Origin: Schmidtea polychroa
Lineage: Eukaryota
DNA length: 64,000 nt
Reading direction: 5' to 3'
Assembly (NCBI GenBank): GCA_044892525.1
Contig: CM097885.1
Span: 12,402,001 to 12,466,000, forward strand
This document shows, piece after piece, positions 52,555 to 64,000 of the stretch. Both the position numbers and the translations under genes were made by a program. The number at the start of each line of letters is the position of its first letter. The stretch's first letter is position 1. The notes under the pieces were generated by a model, which made no database searches, was not told where the DNA came from, and saw only the letters and a list, made by a program, of their open reading frames with translations.

Positions 52555-53215
52555 GGTGGTGGTTAGTGAGTAAATCATTTAATTGATTCACCAATTTAAT
52601 AAATTTCATTTTTCTAGGTAAATTTAAAGACTTGAATTTTGATCCATGTAGATATGAGATCATTATTCAAGTTCTTAAATATTACTTCTAGTCAACATTT
52701 GTGTTATAAATTATTTTTAATTAAGAACTTTATGAAATTTAATTTATAATTATAATTTTGGAATTATTTTGATATAATATAAGTCAGATCAATTTTTAAT
52801 TATAATTAAATAATTAAATCAATCACCAAAAATGTATTTTTCTAAAACATTTTAAAAACAAATATCAGAAATTCTAATGAATATTTAACTTAATTTTAAC
52901 TCAAAAATAATTTTTTTTCTATGATATTTCGTCATTTTCATGAAAATTTAAAGTAGATTCTTGAAAAATAAATTAAAAACATTTTCAGCGATTTTTTTTC
53001 TCCTCAAAATTGCCTAAAATAAAGTTAATATAGAAACGTATCTCAAAGGCGTATATATCGAAAGTTTTCATGTGTTTTTTTAGTATGTGTTGTGTTTATG
53101 TGCAGCATTTAATTTTTCTTCCCCTTTCTAGATTTCTATAGTGCAAGATGTATCTCTCTATAATGAAAGATTATTGATTTTTTCCTATAGGAAACGTGTC
53201 TCAGAGGTTTTCGGT
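52555..53215 (+). repeat. Dispersed intron-containing repeat family copy
   Basis: Near-identical to 41590-42315 apart from indels. Confidence 0.85.
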
Positions 53216-54235
53216 GTAGTTAATTGTGCAAGCTTGTTTTTGTCCATTTTACACCTAATTCCGAAATATAAAAGGTTCTGTTTGTGTCTGTTACTAGCCA
53301 GGAGGCAAGAAAATTTATAGCCGGATTACAGAGTTACTTTATGCAAGAAGACAATGTAGGGAGCCTGATATCCGAACTGAAAGTCTGTGGTGATTATGTA
53401 CAACTGAATGCATACAAAAAAACAGAGTACACTTTATTCATTCCTAAAAAAGTGAATTGTATTGTACCAAAATTTATACCCAATTTTAGATACCGAAATT
53501 GTTATTTTATTATATATATTAGGATTAATGGTTTATTTAAAAGATAATTTTATTAATTTTATTGAACTAGAATTAAAAATAAATCTATAAATCTATATGA
53601 ATCCACTCGTAGATAAAATTCCAATCCAAGAATGCTAAAATTTTGCAAATTAATAAAATGAAATAGTTATAAAAATATAATATAAGAAAACATTAAAAAA
53701 TTACTAAAAATGTGATGTCAATATCCGTCGATATTTTATACCTTCACACCAATCTTTAAATAAAGGATCATAAGCACTTATATTGTCAAGATCAATATTT
53801 TGACCAGCCATGTTCTCCGTCACCTGAAACCAAATCAAGTGCTTAAAATATATTTATCATAAATATAAAATTTTAATTATATATATACAAACAAAATATA
53901 TGAGTGAAATGCTAGCTAATAATATTTAAATGACGATAAAAAGTTTAAGATTTGTATGTAGCGTCTCACATGTGCCCAAATAATGCAGGAAATGATGAAA
54001 CAGTAAAAAGCTTTGGGAACAGCAAAAGGTCGAAAAAATTAAGTATTGGTATCTTCGAATTATGTAAGTTCCATTAATGTTGTGACTGGATTAATTTATA
54101 CTATTTTGATTCATCCTAAATAATGAAAATAAAAAACTGACTAAAAATTGAGATTAAAAATAATCTACAAGGTTTAAAAATGTAATTTAAGACATATCTA
54201 GTCGTTGAATTAACATGCGGCAATAATTCCGAGAA

Positions 54236-54293
54236 ATGATATTGACGATATGATATTGACGATATGATATTGACGATATGATATTGACGATAT
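54236..54293. repeat. 14-bp tandem repeat (ATATTGACGATATG) x4
   Basis: ATTGAC recurs at 54241, 54255, 54269 and 54283. Confidence 0.9.
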
Positions 54294-56089
54294 AAACTAT
54301 CCAAATATACAACATGTGTATTATCAAATTATTCGAAAACAGAAATAACTAATGACAAATTGAATAATAACATTCAAATTATTGAATAATAGTCTATCCT
54401 ATTGGATAATAGGATAAATTATAATAGCAAATTCTCCAAATATATAAGCAATGAAGAGAACTCTGTTGATTGTGATTTCATATACTCTAAAAGCTATTAT
54501 CAAATGAATTGCGAATTTTATATCGAAAAGATATCCTGGGATTATAATTGACCAAAGAGATATAAGAGTTGTCTGAATGAATCTCATGAAAAAAATGGGA
54601 TACAATTAGATTGGCCAAATAAAAAACTAGATATAATACTTTTGAATTTCTATTAGTTATATAAATATGAAAATCCGAAGACAGAATAACCAAAATGAAA
54701 AAGAAATTTATCAAGTGTAATGTAGAAATACAAGTGAAAGTGTAAGTATTGCTAGAAAACAGCCAAGCAATGAAAAGCCTCACAATTATACTGACCTAAT
54801 CTTCTGATTGAAATTCGAATTTGTTTCTAAGAATTTTTCGAGTGTACCATGCAAATAATTTAGTTACCAAAATTATTCCGACATTAGACAAGCCGTAAAT
54901 AACATTAAATGTGTTGTATAATAATTTCATATGCTGTAGATAAAGTTGTCATAGTTATGTAAATTATTGTCAGAATAAAAGAGAATATTATTAAGCATTC
55001 AATGTAATTGCAAATAAAATAACTGAAACTCGATATTTCACCAATTGCAAGTTATATGTGAATAAACAAGGAATAATAATGTAAGTAAATTAATATAATA
55101 ATAATGATAAAGAGTACCCGCATTACTGTCTTTAGTTTTCAGAAGATAAAACCTATTCCAAAATAGTATAAATTCAGAAATGTATTAGATATTGATACTT
55201 ATTGGCCAAATTAGTAAAATCACATAATATTATGAGTTCGAATTCCACTCATATTAACAGAAACGGCATTAAATCTTTTCGTATATATTTTCAACAAGCA
55301 TTTTTGTATTCATTATGATTTACTTTTTTTTACTTTTTTTAAAACTTTTTTCATATTTTATTTCTGGGACCCGTGCATAAAGTCCTACATTTCTCAAATT
55401 AAATAAATACAATCTAATATTAGTAATTTAAAAAAGTGAAATATTAGATGTAAATAGAAATTCGAATAATTATAAAACTATAAATCAGAACAGTTTAGGA
55501 ATCAATGTCCTGAGGTGTAATAAAAACAAAGTGCGACAAGTCAAGAAGATATTGATAATAAAAGTCAACGCCCACATAGATTATCTCTACTATGAGAAGC
55601 AGTTGGAACTCTTATGGAAATGCAAGTAACATTGTCAATATTGACACAAAGTATGTCTTTATAGGATAAACAAATTTTAAATCTAAACATCTAACGGTCG
55701 ATATTAGTTTCATTAACGATTTGGCAAGTTATATCACATTTTTATGTATTAGTCAAGCTCAAAATAAGTTTGATTAAAAATCTGATATATAGGTGACAAT
55801 TGGGTTTTGAGTTTTCTGTGTTTTAATCATGTGTTGGAGATTCAAATGTGATGTATTCCGGAATTAAAATTTATTAGGTTTATTGTTACTAAGGAGCATG
55901 AAGGAATGTACAAAGGAATTTACAACTATAGGATTAGAATTAAAATTTCTGTTAAAGGTAAATTTTAATTCTGATCAATTTTAAAAATTGATTTATTAAT
56001 TTATTTAAATTAATAGTTTTCTTAATTTAAAAAATATAACCCACTTATGACACGATTTTATACTGAATTTATCGAGCCAGTACTACCAC

Positions 56090-56530
56090 AGTCAATACAA
56101 AATCAAGTTGAAAATTTTAGAAAATTGAGAATCTTAAAACGTACTCTAACATATACCTATTGTCATTTGGTGATGGAGCAATCTGAATGCTCAAGGGTTT
56201 ACGATAAAGTAGTTTTTTAAATGTTATAACACTAGTTGTGATAAATATAAAACTACTAGAAGCATTCGTTCGGAGAGTTTTTCAGAAATGATCAAGATAA
56301 GTCTAAAGGATATCTTGAAGATTTTTTGGAAGTTTTGGCAGGAAATTTAAGCAGTCGATGTTTTAAACGAGCTCGATAGTGGAAAAAAATTTTAATGAAG
56401 CTTTACTCGCTTCTTGGAAAACTCTGTAAGCGGTACTATGATGAAAATGCGATTGTTTTGGGCGGTGAAGGTGTTGTTTTGAATTGCGATGAATCGTTGT
56501 TAAGACATAAACCCAAATATCATCGTGATT
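56090..56530 (+). mobile_element. Merlin (IS1016/ISXO2-like) transposase relic
   Basis: LGGEGVVLNCDESLLRHKPKYHR matches the Merlin GGxGxxVxIDES...KYxR motif. Upstream CYNTSCDKYKTTRSIRSESF matches the N-terminal Cys/SIR region. Confidence 0.8.
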
Positions 56531-58299
56531 TTCTAAATTTTTATTATAAAGTAAAAGTATACATTGTTAGTCCAAGTGAAATTCATATTATGATACTTTT
56601 CTGACGAAAATGTGCAATTTTATTTTTTAATTTATCCGGGGGGAAATTTTAATTCTGATTCCAACCATATACTTAACTTCTATATAATAAAATTCTTTAA
56701 ATTAAGTTTAAGCTTTATTGGTATAAAAAATTAAACATTTTATTTTAGTTTTAAAACCAAAATGTCTAACGTCAAGGATTCAAAGCCACAAAGTCTTGCC
56801 TCGCTTACAAGTTATTTGATGACTTTTTATTAATTAATTTAGAATAAGAGATTATTTACCACAATTTCAAAATTTTTCAGAATATTTTTATGTTTAAGAG
56901 AAATATAAAATAAACAAATTGAAAGTGGGAAAAATGTGCAGAAAATTGGTTTTTGTTTAAAATCTGAAATAAATGAAAATAGATAATATTTAAAAGTCAC
57001 TTGTATTTCAGAATTTCACTACATTTCAAGGTGGGAAATATTTCGTGTCGTTCAATATGGTACGCGATGCAGATGAAGACTGTGTATATTCAGTATAAAA
57101 AGACTTTAACGCACTTATCATAATGAAGCCTTGAAACGATGTGAATGATTAAGATAACACCAAAGACAAAAAACTAATGATCCATGTTCCAATCCAATTG
57201 AGGTATCGGAAAACATCTTTGACATTAGTTACAAGATAATTTTCTCAGGAATAAAGTTACAACAACAATGATGTCATATATTCCAAAAACATGTCATAGA
57301 AATTTTGGCAAAGAATTAAGTGTCATTATCATTTTCACTTATAGATTTTAAAAATCTAAAGAGAGAAATGATCAGATGCGGACGAACTTTTTGCCATTTA
57401 TGTCCGATTAGGTTGTTTAACATTGGAATGGTACATACTAATGTAATAAAAAACATGTGGTTTCATTCGTTTAATTTTAAAATCATTTACATTTTATTGG
57501 AGTCTTGCTCATTCGATAAAATATTTTACTTTTGTTTAATTATCATATATATTTTATTTTTAGATTCATATATAAATTATTCAACTATATAAATCTCTAG
57601 GTATGTGAGTAAGTGTGCAAATATGGTCTATTGATTTTATATAATTATTATTTAATTTAACCTACTACTTACCTTTGTCAACAGAGTGAAGAAAATTAAT
57701 AATAACATGCTTCATATAAAATATTCAATATTTTGCTTGGAAAAAACTGACATTTGTCATAAATTAAATAGAGATTTTGATCAAGAATGTATCGGAGAAT
57801 AACACGTAATATTCTTAATTAAAGTTTAAATCAAAACAGGTAAAAACATTAATAAAATGAGCAAAACAAAACATCAAAATAAGATACGTAAAAGTAAAAT
57901 TAAATGCAAGAAGTACCACAGGAAATACACACAAAATTTAATAACATAATTAAGGCAAGTTCAAATTTATGGCGATGACAAAACAAGGATAATAACTAGC
58001 AAAATATCGCTGTTAAAAGTAATAAAAATTAAGAAAAAAAATATCAAATAAAAGTAATTTGAATTTATTTTAATGCAATAGCATAAATTACACTAAATAT
58101 TGACGCATTTTCGCCAGAAATTAGAGTTTTCTATACATTAAATATTTCTCTGTCAATGTTTATAAGTTTTTGATTTTTATACATTTATTGAAATCATTTT
58201 TTATGATAAATATTACACGCATAATTTTCCAGCTCACGCCCAACACACGTAAGAAAGTAAAATAATCAATAATGGACCATCGGGATGTCGGGACTGTTT

Positions 58300-59900
58300 A
58301 ACTGTCATAGCCCGTTAATCATGTGCCGTTCAACCGCTATGTGGAGGATGGAACACAATAACACCTCGAATAAATCTAGTTCTGGTGTGCCCTCGTTCCA
58401 CGCTATCAACAGGTAAGTCGGGCAGGATGTAACAAACAGGATAACATTATATAATAAAATTCGGGTATCGCGCCAAACCTTTGGTTTGTTCGTAGGAAGT
58501 ATGATCGTCTTATTAAAGCCTAGTGAGCAAAGCGGGGCGAACAACTAAAATAAAGTACGTCAAATAATCATAGGGGAACATTTCTACGACTATGCCACGT
58601 TTTTACAGGAAATAATGCTATCGACCTCACGAATTGATAGTTTATAAACCCTCATAAGAGCACTGAAAAATCCATGAGAATAAATCCACAATGATAGACA
58701 AAGAATTCTCCGACTGAGATATAAAACCTACGCTAATCCAATACATAGTGGAAAGTTAGATTAAGTGGCAGAAAATGGTTTCGGTTGAAATCTCGACTAG
58801 AGCAGATGAAATATGTTGAAAATCTCTTCTGCGCGTAATATTACAAGCCAAATTAATAACAGAATGAAAAATTAATAAGTAAATTCTGAGAGCAATAGTT
58901 AGAACGCAAACTATTTGATTTCAATCGATAGCTTATCGTGTCTAGAGACAGGGAAATAATATGTTTTTATTTTATCATTTGGATGATATTAAACTTACCT
59001 CATGTAAAAATAATCTACTTTTATCACATTAAACACGTAGCATCCTCCTATGAAGTAATTACACACATAGTCAAAAAGGTGTTGTAAATCAGGCGTAGAA
59101 CACCGAAAGAATCCAAGTCGTGGAACATGGCCGGCGAAGCCTGGAGAACCTAGAATTATCAGCGATGACGAAAGTCAATGTTGACAGCAACCTGTAGTAG
59201 TCAAAAAATATTTTGGTGAATCTAAAACAAAGGACTCGTGTTTTGTTTCTAATATATATGATAGAGTAAGGGACCACGGTGAAAATCAGATAAAATTCTT
59301 CTACGATGGTCCATGAACCTATTTACATTTAACATGGGTGAGCTCACTTTTTAAAGGTATTCACTTATCCGATACATTACCAAGGGTATCTAGTGATTAT
59401 CAAACTTCCTTCTGAATTATGCTGGAAACAGCACGAAAAGGTATAATGTCGATCACTTGTAACCCACCATTTTTAAACTTATTGATGTCACTTAAAGGTG
59501 TTCAACTATATAAAATATGATATCTAAACAAATGTCTGTCATTTTTGGCGGGTTATAGCAAGATTGATAACATTTTATAAAATTACAACAATTTGAATAA
59601 ATTGTTGGTAAATGGTGATGATTTTTTTATGAAGAATAAGTGCGATATGAGCGAAACCAATTTATTAATCTGAGGCAAACCTACTATTATAAATCTAAGG
59701 CAATGGCCAGGTTATTTTAAAATTTTAATGAGAATATTGAAGATGGAAAGAGTCTAGTATAATAATTGATTCTAACTCACTTTGGATAAAACGTATATAG
59801 TATGTGTGGAAAAGAATAAAATGATTTGTTAATTTAAGAACTTTAAACACTTGGGGGGGGGGGGGGAATATTGTTACGGGCAGGCTTTTAACCTTTAAAA
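58300..59900 (+). mobile_element. Highly decayed Gypsy-like relic
   Basis: FYHLDDIKLTS near 58970 resembles RT YLDDILIxS. A G-tract (59853-59866) followed by TGTTACGG (59872) resembles a PPT plus LTR start. Confidence 0.3.
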
Positions 59901-60105
59901 AATTAGTTTTAAAAATATAGATATGTTCGTGACGTCATGAATTGTTGATGATGCATGATGACATATTTAGTGACGTAGTAATATAATTATGATATGTTAG
60001 AAGATGGAAGAACGTTAATAACTTTGAAGCTCAAATACTACATAACATGAACAAATAGGTACAGAGTAAATGTGCATGTCGACAAAGGTCAATGATGATG
60101 ATATC

Positions 60106-60574
60106 CATTGCTCGAAGTGAGGCGGGATAGCCGGGATATTATCCCGGCATTGATTATGTAGGCGGAATTGCATCCCGGCACTACATTTCATATAATCTAT
60201 AGGTTTATCCCGGTACTTATTTCATTTTATAGGCACACAAATACTGCAATTAAGGTCACACATAGTACATCCATATATGTATGTATATATATATTCTTTA
60301 TTCTCTATTCTCTATTCAATTAAGAATTTCCCAAGCAGCAGTAATGGATAGGTAGGTATATTCTCTTATTTATTTTAGTTAAACCAGCAAGTTGTTTGTT
60401 GAGTTATTTATACTGCGACCCCCTCTATATATAATGTGTCTATATATAAAATTTGTTGGACACCCCCCAAAGTTTTGCAACACACCCAACTGAAAATTTC
60501 TGCATAAAAGCCTGGAATCCCGGGTGCCACAGCATGCCTATCCCGGCACATATTTTGTTCCACTTCGAGCACTG
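60106..60574. mobile_element. hAT MITE (469 bp)
   Basis: TIRs CATTGCTCGAAGTG / CACTTCGAGCACTG; exact 8-bp TSD ATGATATC; subterminal ATCCCGG repeats. Confidence 0.92.
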
Positions 60575-60784
60575 ATGATATCTATGCGATGAAAAGAATA
60601 AACATTATTGTGATAACTTATTATTAACAATTTGATTTATATTGATTTATTCTTGAAGACATTATAATAAATTTGTATTGTTATTATTGTGATCGTTATT
60701 ATTAATACAACAATAATCACTGCTACCAGACAATAATATAGATATTGTCTGGTAGCAGTGATTATTGTTTTCTTATTATTGTTC

Positions 60785-60836
<52 letters not shown>

Positions 60837-61550
60837 TAAAACAATAAATGCTGCTACCAAGCAATCATCATTTTATACTATTATTATTATTTTTAAGTGC
60901 ACTGTGGCACAATATTTACTTTTTCAATCATCTGGTTGATTATGTTTATTTTATTCTTGCACTAAGTGCATTTTATGTAGATTTCTTGTGCATTGTATTT
61001 TTTTTGCACTAAGAGCATTTCATATTTTTTTTAAAAAATTATAAATTAATTGATGTTATCTGTTATTAAAATTCCTGTTGAAGCATGAGGACATCAAATC
61101 TCGACTCAATATAATATATAATTATGAAATCTTTACACATCGATTTATTAAATTTTTGAACACAGGAATTTATTTTAATTTTACAATATTATTTTTAAAT
61201 ATAAATCTCATTCGGTAATAGATAAATTAATTATTAAAATTATGGAAAATTTTAAAAAATAATTCAACAAATGAAAAAACAATTAAAATTAGCAAGGAGA
61301 TTAAAATTGAATATATTGAAAAATCCTCCAATTTGATAACCTGTCTAATCTTTTACTGAGAGTGATGCAGAACATATCATGTATAAAAAGCCAGAATTGT
61401 TGACCAAAAAGAATTAAAGCATATTAACAACATATTAATAATCCTCCACCGTTGTTTCTTTGTGTTTTTTGAACTATTTTAATCTTTCAGTTATCGATTA
61501 ATGTTTAAATTGAATGTGTTTTAGAATTTATTAATAATCTTTTATCAATT

Positions 61551-61763
61551 TTGTCTATGAATAACAAAGATACATTAAAGATGCTGGATAAAAAGATGAT
61601 TCCAAAAATAGTAACAATTAAAATTTTCACTTTTAAAAACAAAAATGCTATTGACTTTAACAGAACAGAATGTATTGACATTCAACATGGAGTGTCAACA
61701 GGGATTTTATATATAAGTCGACTGATTTCTCAGTCAAATCACCCAAAAAATAAGAGCTTCTAA
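61551..61763 (+). pseudogene. Possible non-LTR (LINE) reverse transcriptase fragment
   Basis: ECIDIQHGVSTG..ISRLI resembles xxIxxGVPQGSxISPLLF; preceded by MLDKKMIPKIV. Confidence 0.3.
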
Positions 61764-63480
61764 GAAGAGTTGCAAATTCAGAAATTGATATTGCAATATA
61801 ATTTAGAGCATACCTATTTTACACATCCGAACTCAGGAAGCTGCAAGCATTTACATACACATACACCATCATATATATACAATTTTTAACTTTATTCGTA
61901 ATTGTGATAATTTAATAAATTTATTGAACCAGTGTTTGTGTTATTATTTATGTAGGAACCATCAAGTTGAGATTTGAGAACCTCAACAGATATAAAATTA
62001 TTTATAGAAAAATCTGAGAGAGAATTTTGTGAAAACAGACATATTTGCAATTAGAAATTTTCGATACACAAACAAACAAAGGATATTAATACGAAAATTA
62101 CATTAAGTGATTGACAGATTGTGAAACAGAAACGACCACAACTTAGATGTTTTGATTAGAATTTCGTCCTAGTAACGAAAAATCATCGAAAGAACGGGAA
62201 ACAGAATGAGAAAACGAGAAAAACAATTCAGAAATCGAATATTCACGTTTTCCAAATAGAATATATTTTATCCTGATCTTCCGAGTTCCAATAACTTGCC
62301 AATTCATAATTAAAAGAGATCGTGTTGAGACGAATTCATTAATCCGGATTAAATTATTGAATTAATAGTTGTAAAATCAAAATCGTGCCCAAAGCTTTGG
62401 ATCACTTTCGGTGTACTGGGGAAGCACCCCCAAAATAGCTTCTTACTCATCTGTATTTTAATAGCGTAGATCGTTGAGATGAAAATTTTACTTTTGGTTG
62501 GCATAGATTTGAAAAGAGAGAAAATTCAATGTAAACTTTGTAATTAATTAATTAGATATAAATAAAAGTATGATTGCAAATGAGTATGATTGCAAATGAG
62601 TATGTACACTAATTTTATTATTATTAATAATAATATTATTATTATAATTAAAATAAAAGATTCTTCTTTCTGTTTTTGGTATTTTATTTTATTATTATTT
62701 TTTATTTTTTTCATCGGCACTGTCATAATTTAATTTTTTTTATAGCAAGATTTGCAATTTTTGATTTTCGGAATGTCAATGTATCTGATATTTTGACTAT
62801 ATTATAATTTTTAAAGTTTTTTTCTAGATTATTTTCAACAGAAAATTTCAGTTATTTCCAATAATTAGCCAGTGTGCGATTTTAGTCAAGTTAGGTGAAT
62901 AAAACGGCATCCAATAAGCGCGCATTTTTGCAGAGAATCCCGACTTAATGAATTAAGTAATTTTAATCTAATTTAATCAAGAAATTAAACCAAATCACTT
63001 ATTTTATTATTTCTTTTGATGAATTCGTGAGAAGCTCTACAAATTGTTGAAGATATACAGATTTATAAAAATACTTATAGAAGATTTATAGAACATACCC
63101 GATTGCGATGACCAAGACCATGAATCACTGCTTGATTCAAAAATTTACTGAATACTGATCAAGATTTGAATGAAATGGAAAACTTGATTTATTTTTTATA
63201 TGATATTATTATTATTAGAAATTGATAGTTAAGGGAAACCCGATGAAAAACAGATAATCAATAATTATGTCGAATAAAAATAAAAACTGTTTAAAAAGAA
63301 AAATTAAAAAAGCAGAAAATATAATTGACGACCGATTTGTATGGACAAAGGATGGAACAAATAATAAGTGATGATAACATTTTCCATTCAAAGTATGTAT
63401 AAGGAATATTAATATTAAATTAATCACATTTGATTTTAATTGTCCTTGGATTATTAGCTATAAGAAATTAACGCGTCTAA

Positions 63481-63797
63481 AGAAGCCTCCATTATAATTA
63501 CAAAATTGTAGATAATCGTATCGAGTACAACACTATCATCAATTTGAAAACAGTCCAACAAAAGAAAAAATTATTCGAGGAAATATTTTATACATTATTT
63601 GATGATGAAATTATATGGTCTCGAATTATTATAGGTTTCATGTGTATGAAACATATTTTAGAGAAATCGGGCTCAGACTTTGAAAGTTATTTTCAATGGT
63701 CTGTAGAGGTATTATTTTGATTGATCAAATTGACATCATCAATTTTTAGATTAGTGAATCAAAAATTATGCCATGGGTCGATGGTCATGGTGGATGA
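63481..63797 (+). pseudogene. Bcl-2-family BH1/BH2 region, stop codon at the BH2 terminal Trp
   Basis: LFEEIFYTLFDDEIIWSRIIIGFMCMK (BH1-like) and YFQWSVE, then a 41-bp phase-0 GT-AG intron (63709-63749), then ISESKIMPWVDGHGG* (BH2 WIxxxGGW with TGG to TGA). Confidence 0.75.
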
Positions 63798-64000
63798 ATA
63801 TTATCATGATTAGACTAGCTAAAAAAGCAAAAGAGAATGATGCCAGATGTGAAAAACTACTCAATGGGTTAGGAGTTGTATATACATGTATAAAAGTGTA
63901 TCAAAAACTGTAATAAATCTTTATAAATATTGTTGTTATTTAAATAATGGTTATAAACAAAATTATTTATCATTTTAAATTATTTTCAACTGTGTCAGAA

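Noticed and set aside
57065..57145. Penelope-type minimal hammerhead (CAGATGAAGACTG..CAGTATAAAAG)
   Set aside because: Both CUGAnGA and GAAA core boxes are mutated; at best a dead relic.
60745..60939. Poly-Leu ORF resembling a signal peptide
   Set aside because: Translation of a (TTA)n microsatellite.

Overview
Very AT-rich eukaryotic (metazoan) genomic DNA with 40-46 bp GT-AG introns. A planarian-like flatworm is my inference from composition, not something established here. Most of the window is transposon-derived. Host-type genes: a complete 5-exon HTATSF1 (Tat-SF1/CUS2) gene on the minus strand (40807-45405), an intronless TMEM179-like four-pass membrane ORF (33772-34722) and a Bcl-2-family BH1/BH2 relic at the right edge. 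Mobile DNA: an apparently intact hAT-type transposon (2115-5290) with a duplicated 3' end. There is also a very young 15.8-kb Gypsy-like LTR element (13776-29556) with 1543-bp near-identical LTRs, a GATT target duplication and a tRNA-Pro PBS; it encodes only a long Gag and carries a 13-bp tandem array and decayed protease/integrase relics upstream of gag. Also present are two hAT MITEs (one with a nested TA-MITE) and pogo/Tigger, Merlin, Penelope and other relics. The most unusual signal is a stem-loop element with apparent compensatory base changes, present in the U5 part of both LTRs and in three diverged dispersed copies. Two of those copies sit downstream of paralogous coiled-coil 'LEGTWF' ORFs, and an AT-hook ORF lies next to one, which suggests an LTR family with a conserved RNA structure and accessory genes. 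All alignments and folds were done by eye.
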